Positions 59,656 to 64,000 of a DNA stretch of 64,000 bases are shown here, in pieces. The notes below the pieces were generated by a model, which did no database searches, had not been told where the DNA came from, and saw nothing but the letters and a program-made list of their open reading frames with translations. The translations under genes and the position numbers were made by a program. Every line of letters begins with the position of its first letter. The stretch's first letter is position 1. The stretch covers positions 14,375 through 78,374 of the forward strand of contig CANNDT010000004.1 of assembly GCA_947503365.1 (NCBI GenBank), given 5' to 3'. Source of the DNA: Acidobacteriota bacterium (GTDB taxonomy: Bacteria > Acidobacteriota > Vicinamibacteria > Vicinamibacterales > UBA2999).

Positions 59656-61521
59656 TTGACCTTCGACGTCATCATCATCGGCGCCGGTCACGCGGGAGTT
59701 GAAGCCGCGTACGCCGCGGCTCGTCTCGGTTGCAGCGTCGGTCTGTGCACGCTCTCGCGCGACACCGTCGCGCACATGCCGTGCAACCCGGCCGTCGGCG
59801 GCACGGCAAAGGGCCATCTGGTTCGGGAGATCGATGCCCTCGGTGGTCTCATGGGGCGGGCCATCGATGCCACGGGACTGCAGTTCAAGCTCCTCAATCG
59901 ATCCCGCGGACCGGCGGTGTGGTCTCCCCGCGCGCAGGCCGACAAGCGACGCTACTCCGACTGGGTCAATGCCACGCTGAGCGATGAACCGAACATCACC
60001 TGGATTCTCGGCAAGGCAGGGCGGATTCTCACGAGCCACGGTCGCGTCAACGGGCTCGCGATGGAAGACGGAGAGCGCCACCACTGTTCGTCCCTGGTGG
60101 TGACGACGGGGACGTTCCTGAATGGACTCATCCACATCGGCCGCGAGCAACGGCCCGCGGGACGTCACGGCGAGGCGCCGTCACGCGAACTCGCCGAATC
60201 GATCAGATCGCTGGGCTTCGCCGGCGGACGACTGAAGACCGGCACGCCTCCAAGGCTCGATCGAAAGAGCATCGATTTTGATGCGCATGTCAGCGACGGA
60301 CTGTGGGCCGAAGAGCGTGGTGACGCTGCGCCGGTGCCGTTCTCCTTCGGGACAACCACGCCGCTGACAAACACGATCTGCTGCTGGTTGCTTCACACCA
60401 ATGAACGCGTGCGCGACCTGGTGCGAAGCCGGATCGACCAGAGTCCTCTGTACAACGGGCAGATTCACGGCATCGGCCCCAGGTACTGCCCGTCCCTCGA
60501 AGACAAAATCATGCGATTCCCCGATCGGGAGCGGCATCAGGTCTACCTTGAGCCGGAAGGAGTCGACGCTGACGAGATCTACGTCAACGGGTTTTCAATG
60601 TCGCTGCCGTGGGATGTGCAAGAGGAGCTCGTTCACGCGCTGCCCGGCCTCGAGGATGCGGTGATGCTGCGGCCTGGGTACGCCGTGGAGTACGACTTCA
60701 TCCAGCCGACGGAGCTCCGATCGACCCTCGAAACGCATCGGGTCGAGGGGTTGTTCTTTGCCGGGCAGATCAACGGCACATCCGGCTACGAGGAGGCAGC
60801 GGCCCAGGGAATCATGGCCGGGATCAACGCCGCGGCCCGCGTGCGCGGGGACCGACCGTCGACGCTGGGGAGAGACGAAGCCTATATCGGGATTCTGATC
60901 GACGACCTTGTCACCAAGGGCTGCCTTGAGCCGTACCGGATGTTTACGTCCCGTGCCGAGCACCGGCTGCTGCTGCGCATCGACAACGCCGATTTGCGAC
61001 TCACTCCACGAGGACGGGAGCTCGGCCTGGTCGGCGATGAGCGATGGGCGACCTTTGAGGAGCGCCGCGGTCGCTACGAGTGGAATCTCTCGATGCTGGA
61101 GCGGACGACCGTGAGGGCCGGAAGCGGCGAACGGATGCCAGCCGCGCGGTTCCTGAGGCAACCGGGAGTTCGACTGGAGCCGCTCGCCGAGGCCCAGGGG
61201 CTACCGTTGGCGCTCTCAACCCACGCGAGAGAGCTGGATCTCGCGAGCGTTGAGACGTCCCTCAAGTACGAGGGGTATTTGAAGCAGGAATCCGCGCGCG
61301 CCGATCGCCTCAGGCGCGAAGAGCGCAAGAGAATCCCGGAGGCGTTTCCGTTTTCAGGAGTGCCTGGCCTGTCACGTGAGGCTGTCGAGCGGCTCTCGCA
61401 GGTAAGACCGGAGACCCTTGGACAGGCGTCCAGAATTCCCGGAATGACCCCGGCGGCGGTCGCCACCCTCAGCGTATTTCTCTCGCGTTTTTCGCCTTCC
61501 GCGATACCGTCGAGCTCGTGA
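59656..61521 (+). CDS. mnmG: tRNA uridine-5-carboxymethylaminomethyl synthesis enzyme MnmG (GidA)
   Basis: 621 aa. [16 protein letters not shown] (FAD), [33 protein letters not shown] start. Confidence 0.95.
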   Translation: MTFDVIIIGAGHAGVEAAYAAARLGCSVGLCTLSRDTVAHMPCNPAVGGTAKGHLVREIDALGGLMGRAIDATGLQFKLLNRSRGPAVWSPRAQADKRRYSDWVNATLSDEPNITWILGKAGRILTSHGRVNGLAMEDGERHHCSSLVVTTGTFLNGLIHIGREQRPAGRHGEAPSRELAESIRSLGFAGGRLKTGTPPRLDRKSIDFDAHVSDGLWAEERGDAAPVPFSFGTTTPLTNTICCWLLHTNERVRDLVRSRIDQSPLYNGQIHGIGPRYCPSLEDKIMRFPDRERHQVYLEPEGVDADEIYVNGFSMSLPWDVQEELVHALPGLEDAVMLRPGYAVEYDFIQPTELRSTLETHRVEGLFFAGQINGTSGYEEAAAQGIMAGINAAARVRGDRPSTLGRDEAYIGILIDDLVTKGCLEPYRMFTSRAEHRLLLRIDNADLRLTPRGRELGLVGDERWATFEERRGRYEWNLSMLERTTVRAGSGERMPAARFLRQPGVRLEPLAEAQGLPLALSTHARELDLASVETSLKYEGYLKQESARADRLRREERKRIPEAFPFSGVPGLSREAVERLSQVRPETLGQASRIPGMTPAAVATLSVFLSRFSPSAIPSSS

Positions 61522-62162
61522 CCAGCGGCGAGTTCCAGGAACGGCTGGCCCTTCGGGCGCACGCGGCCGGGGCCGCGCTGACCGAGCCGTTGGGAGAGCG
61601 CCTGGAGGTCTACTTCCGGCTGCTGGAGAGCTGGAACGAGAAGATCAACCTCACCGCGCTCCCACTCGCCGACCCCACAGCCGAAACCCTGGATCGCCTG
61701 CTGATCGAGCCGCTCGTCGCGGCGCACCATGTCTCATCGTCGGCGCGGAGCCTCGTTGACATCGGCAGCGGCGGTGGTTCTCCAGCACTCCCGCTCGTGC
61801 TGGCAGCCCCACAGTTGCGCCTGCTGATGGTCGAATCCCGCACCCGCAAATCGGTATTCCTCCGCGAGGCGGTGCGTGCCCTGGAACTCGACGGGGCGGA
61901 GGTTGCCACTGCGCGCTTCGAGCAACTTCTCACCGACCCGGCCCATCAGGAGACGTACGACCTGCTCAGCATCCGCGCGGTCAGAGTCGAAGCCGATGTC
62001 CTTTCCCGGCTCCAGGAATTCGTCAGACCTGGCGGCCAATTGTTTCTCTTCCGCGGGGACGCCCTCGACGCGCAAATTGCCGTCCAGAGCCCTCTGGTTC
62101 GGCGAGCCATGCACCAGCTGACGGCGACCTCAGCCAGCCACCTCGTCATCCTCTCGAAGTAG
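61518..62162 (+). CDS. rsmG: 16S rRNA (guanine527-N7)-methyltransferase RsmG (GidB)
   Basis: [10 protein letters not shown] and [13 protein letters not shown] (SAM motif). 4-nt overlap with mnmG. Confidence 0.9.
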   Translation: MTSGEFQERLALRAHAAGAALTEPLGERLEVYFRLLESWNEKINLTALPLADPTAETLDRLLIEPLVAAHHVSSSARSLVDIGSGGGSPALPLVLAAPQLRLLMVESRTRKSVFLREAVRALELDGAEVATARFEQLLTDPAHQETYDLLSIRAVRVEADVLSRLQEFVRPGGQLFLFRGDALDAQIAVQSPLVRRAMHQLTATSASHLVILSK

Positions 62163-62182
62163 CGCGGCGCCCGGGAGCAGGA

Positions 62183-62198
62183 CGTTCCACGTGAAACG
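62183..62198. promoter_or_regulatory. parS site (CGTTCCACGTGAAACG)
   Basis: 14 of 16 positions fit the consensus TGTTNCACGTGAAACA; both mismatches are the outermost bases. Confidence 0.7.
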
Positions 62199-62221
62199 CT
62201 CGAACATTCGCCATGTATTCG

Positions 62222-62237
62222 TGTTCCACGTGAAACA
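62222..62237. promoter_or_regulatory. parS site (TGTTCCACGTGAAACA)
   Basis: Exact fit to TGTTNCACGTGAAACA, 39 nt from the first site. Confidence 0.85.
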
Positions 62238-62244
62238 AATTGGC

Positions 62245-62273
62245 TTGACACTCTATTAGTTGGGTACTAGAGT
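62245..62273 (+). promoter_or_regulatory. sigma-70-like promoter candidate for parAB
   Basis: TTGACA (62245-62250), 17-nt spacer, TAGAGT (62268-62273), immediately after the second parS. Confidence 0.45.
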
Positions 62274-62317
62274 TTGCGTGTACACACTAAACAGTGATGT
62301 CAATGGGAATTGGTCAC

Positions 62318-63115
62318 ATGACAGACAACGTCTTTTCGCAGCTCCGTGGCCGCGTTGTGGCCGTCGCCAACCAGAAGGGTGGCGTCGGCAAGACCACTAC
62401 GGCAATTAACCTCGCGACCTCGCTGGCGATGGATGGCCACCGGGTCCTGCTGGTGGACGTCGATCCCCAGGGCAATCTGACGAGTGGCGTCGGCCGGAAG
62501 GGCGATCGCGCCGACGGCGGCACGGTCTACGAAGCGCTGTTGACCGATGCGGCGCCGGACGCGTTCCTGCTCGAGACCAAGGTCGAAAATCTTTTTCTGA
62601 TACCGGCCGATCGCAATCTGACCGGCGCCGAGATCGAACTGGTCTCCATGCCGGCCCGCGAGCATCGTCTGCGGCGCGTGCTGACCCCGCTGCGCGATCG
62701 CTTCGAGTTCATCTTCATCGATTGTCCGCCGTCGCTCGGCCTGCTCACGCTGAACGCCCTCGTCGCCGCGGATGCGGTCCTGATCCCGCTGCACTGTGAA
62801 TACTTCGCACTCGAGGGGCTCGCCGATCTGGTCGGCACCATGCGGCGCGTCAGAGGGGCGCTGAATCCCTCGCTCGACATCGAGGGCGTGCTGCTGACGA
62901 TGTACGACGATCGCACGAATCTGGGTCAGCTCGTCGCCCGCGACGTGCGCGACTTCTTCAAGGAGAAGGTGTTCAACACGATCATTCCGCGCAACGTGCG
63001 GCTCGGCGAGGCGCCGAGCCACGGCGTGCCCGGTGTCGTCTACGACGCGAAGTCACGCGGCGCCGCCGCGTATTTTGCGCTCGCGAAGGAATTGCTCGCA
63101 CGCCGCGCGGCGTAG
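62318..63115 (+). CDS. parA: chromosome partitioning ATPase ParA (Soj)
   Basis: [20 protein letters not shown] (deviant Walker A). Start could also be 62294, 62297 or 62303. Confidence 0.9.
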   Translation: MTDNVFSQLRGRVVAVANQKGGVGKTTTAINLATSLAMDGHRVLLVDVDPQGNLTSGVGRKGDRADGGTVYEALLTDAAPDAFLLETKVENLFLIPADRNLTGAEIELVSMPAREHRLRRVLTPLRDRFEFIFIDCPPSLGLLTLNALVAADAVLIPLHCEYFALEGLADLVGTMRRVRGALNPSLDIEGVLLTMYDDRTNLGQLVARDVRDFFKEKVFNTIIPRNVRLGEAPSHGVPGVVYDAKSRGAAAYFALAKELLARRAA

Positions 63116-63118
63116 GAG

Positions 63119-64000
63119 ATGGTGAAGGGGATGGCGATGATTGAGAGAAGACCCGCACTCGGCAAAGGCCTCAGCGCGCTCATTCCGGATGCGCCCGAAC
63201 CGATGGTCCGCTCCGGAGCGACCGACATCGATATCGATCTGATCGCGCCCAACGAACGGCAGCCGCGGCTGCAGATGGACGACGCGAAACTCGAGGAGCT
63301 GTCTCGTTCGATCAAGGCGAACGGCGTCATCCAGCCGATCCTGGTTCGCCGCACTGGAGCCACCTTCCAGATCATCGCCGGCGAACGCCGCTGGCGCGCG
63401 GCGCAGCGCGCCGGGCTCCTCAAGGTGCCGGTCGTCGTGCGCGACATGCCGGACGGCTCGGAAAAACAGCAACTGGAGCTGGCGCTCATCGAGAACATCC
63501 AGCGCGAGAATCTGAACCCGGTCGACGAAGCCCTCGCCTACCAGCGGCTGGCCGAAGACCATGCACTGACTCAGGATCAGATCGCCGCGGCGGTCGGCAA
63601 GGACCGGAGCTCGGTGGCGAACTACCTGAGGCTCCTCAAGCTGCCAGATGAGGTGCGTGCCGACCTGTCCGGCGGAGCCTTGTCGATGGGTCACGCCCGC
63701 GCTCTTCTGGCGCTGCCTGATGCGGCGGCGCAGCGGCAGGCCGCCCGTGAAGTCATCTCGCGCGCGCTGTCGGTCCGCGAAACCGAAATGCTGGTCAAAC
63801 GGCTCGTCTCCGGCAGGGTCCGGGGCTCAGGGCCCAGGGCTCAGGACCCACCAGCTCAGCCAGACGTGCACACGCGGGCGGCGGAAGACCGGATGCGCTT
63901 CGCCCTCGGAACGAAAGTCCGGATCGTCCGCCGGGGAACGGCCGGCACGGTCGAAATCGCCTTCGCTTCAGAAACCGAGCTGAACCGGATCTACGAGCTC
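63119..64000 (+). CDS. parB: chromosome partitioning protein ParB (Spo0J), 3'-partial at the window edge
   Basis: Open frame to the window end: RPALGKGLSALIP, IQPILVR, IIAGERRWRAA, HTH LTQDQIAAAVGKDRSSVANYLRLLKLP. Start at 63119, 63131 or 63137. Not in the ORF track because no stop codon is reached. Confidence 0.9.
   Translation, partial: MVKGMAMIERRPALGKGLSALIPDAPEPMVRSGATDIDIDLIAPNERQPRLQMDDAKLEELSRSIKANGVIQPILVRRTGATFQIIAGERRWRAAQRAGLLKVPVVVRDMPDGSEKQQLELALIENIQRENLNPVDEALAYQRLAEDHALTQDQIAAAVGKDRSSVANYLRLLKLPDEVRADLSGGALSMGHARALLALPDAAAQRQAAREVISRALSVRETEMLVKRLVSGRVRGSGPRAQDPPAQPDVHTRAAEDRMRFALGTKVRIVRRGTAGTVEIAFASETELNRIYEL

Overview
GC-rich bacterial chromosome segment; sample 60-nt lines hand-count at roughly 65-75% G+C. 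It covers the replication-origin neighbourhood.

Right third: dnaA-dnaN-gyrB-gyrA on the minus strand diverge from rpmH-rnpA-yidD-yidC-jag-mnmE-mnmG-rsmG-parA-parB on the plus strand. An AT-rich region with DnaA-box-like sites lies between dnaA and dnaN, and two parS sites lie upstream of parA.

Middle: a 12.8-kb string of 12 tightly packed genes encodes alternative complex III (actABCDEF plus a small membrane protein), an SCO copper chaperone and a caa3-type cytochrome oxidase (ctaCDEF). This part also holds a MacAB-like ABC efflux operon, an EF-P paralogue, serS, galU, rsmI, glmU, glmS and pcrA.

Left: M61 peptidase, DUF485-actP, hemH, rpoZ, glpK, a hybrid histidine kinase, gltX, a KGG stress gene behind a textbook sigma-54 promoter, and a small decayed island next to tRNA-Gln.

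Three intact tRNAs are present (Ser-GCU, Gln-CUG, Ser-UGA) plus one decayed tRNA-Ser-like relic. I saw no rRNA, CRISPR array, intact transposase or prophage.

Most unusual observations:
- A family of GTAG-headed nested palindromes (REP/REPIN-like) has four copies in the window. Three abut gene 3' ends or overlap their TAG stop codons. One lies in frame inside mnmE.
- Three independent ORF lesions fall within 6 kb: an in-frame TGA in glpK, a 1-nt frameshift in the hybrid kinase, and a multiply broken beta-propeller gene.
- The 3' half of rsmI is compositionally foreign.

I found no clear multi-gene novel system such as a defence or toxin system. Lineage cannot be assigned from the sequence alone. 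All coordinates were derived by hand and anchored on the ORF track.
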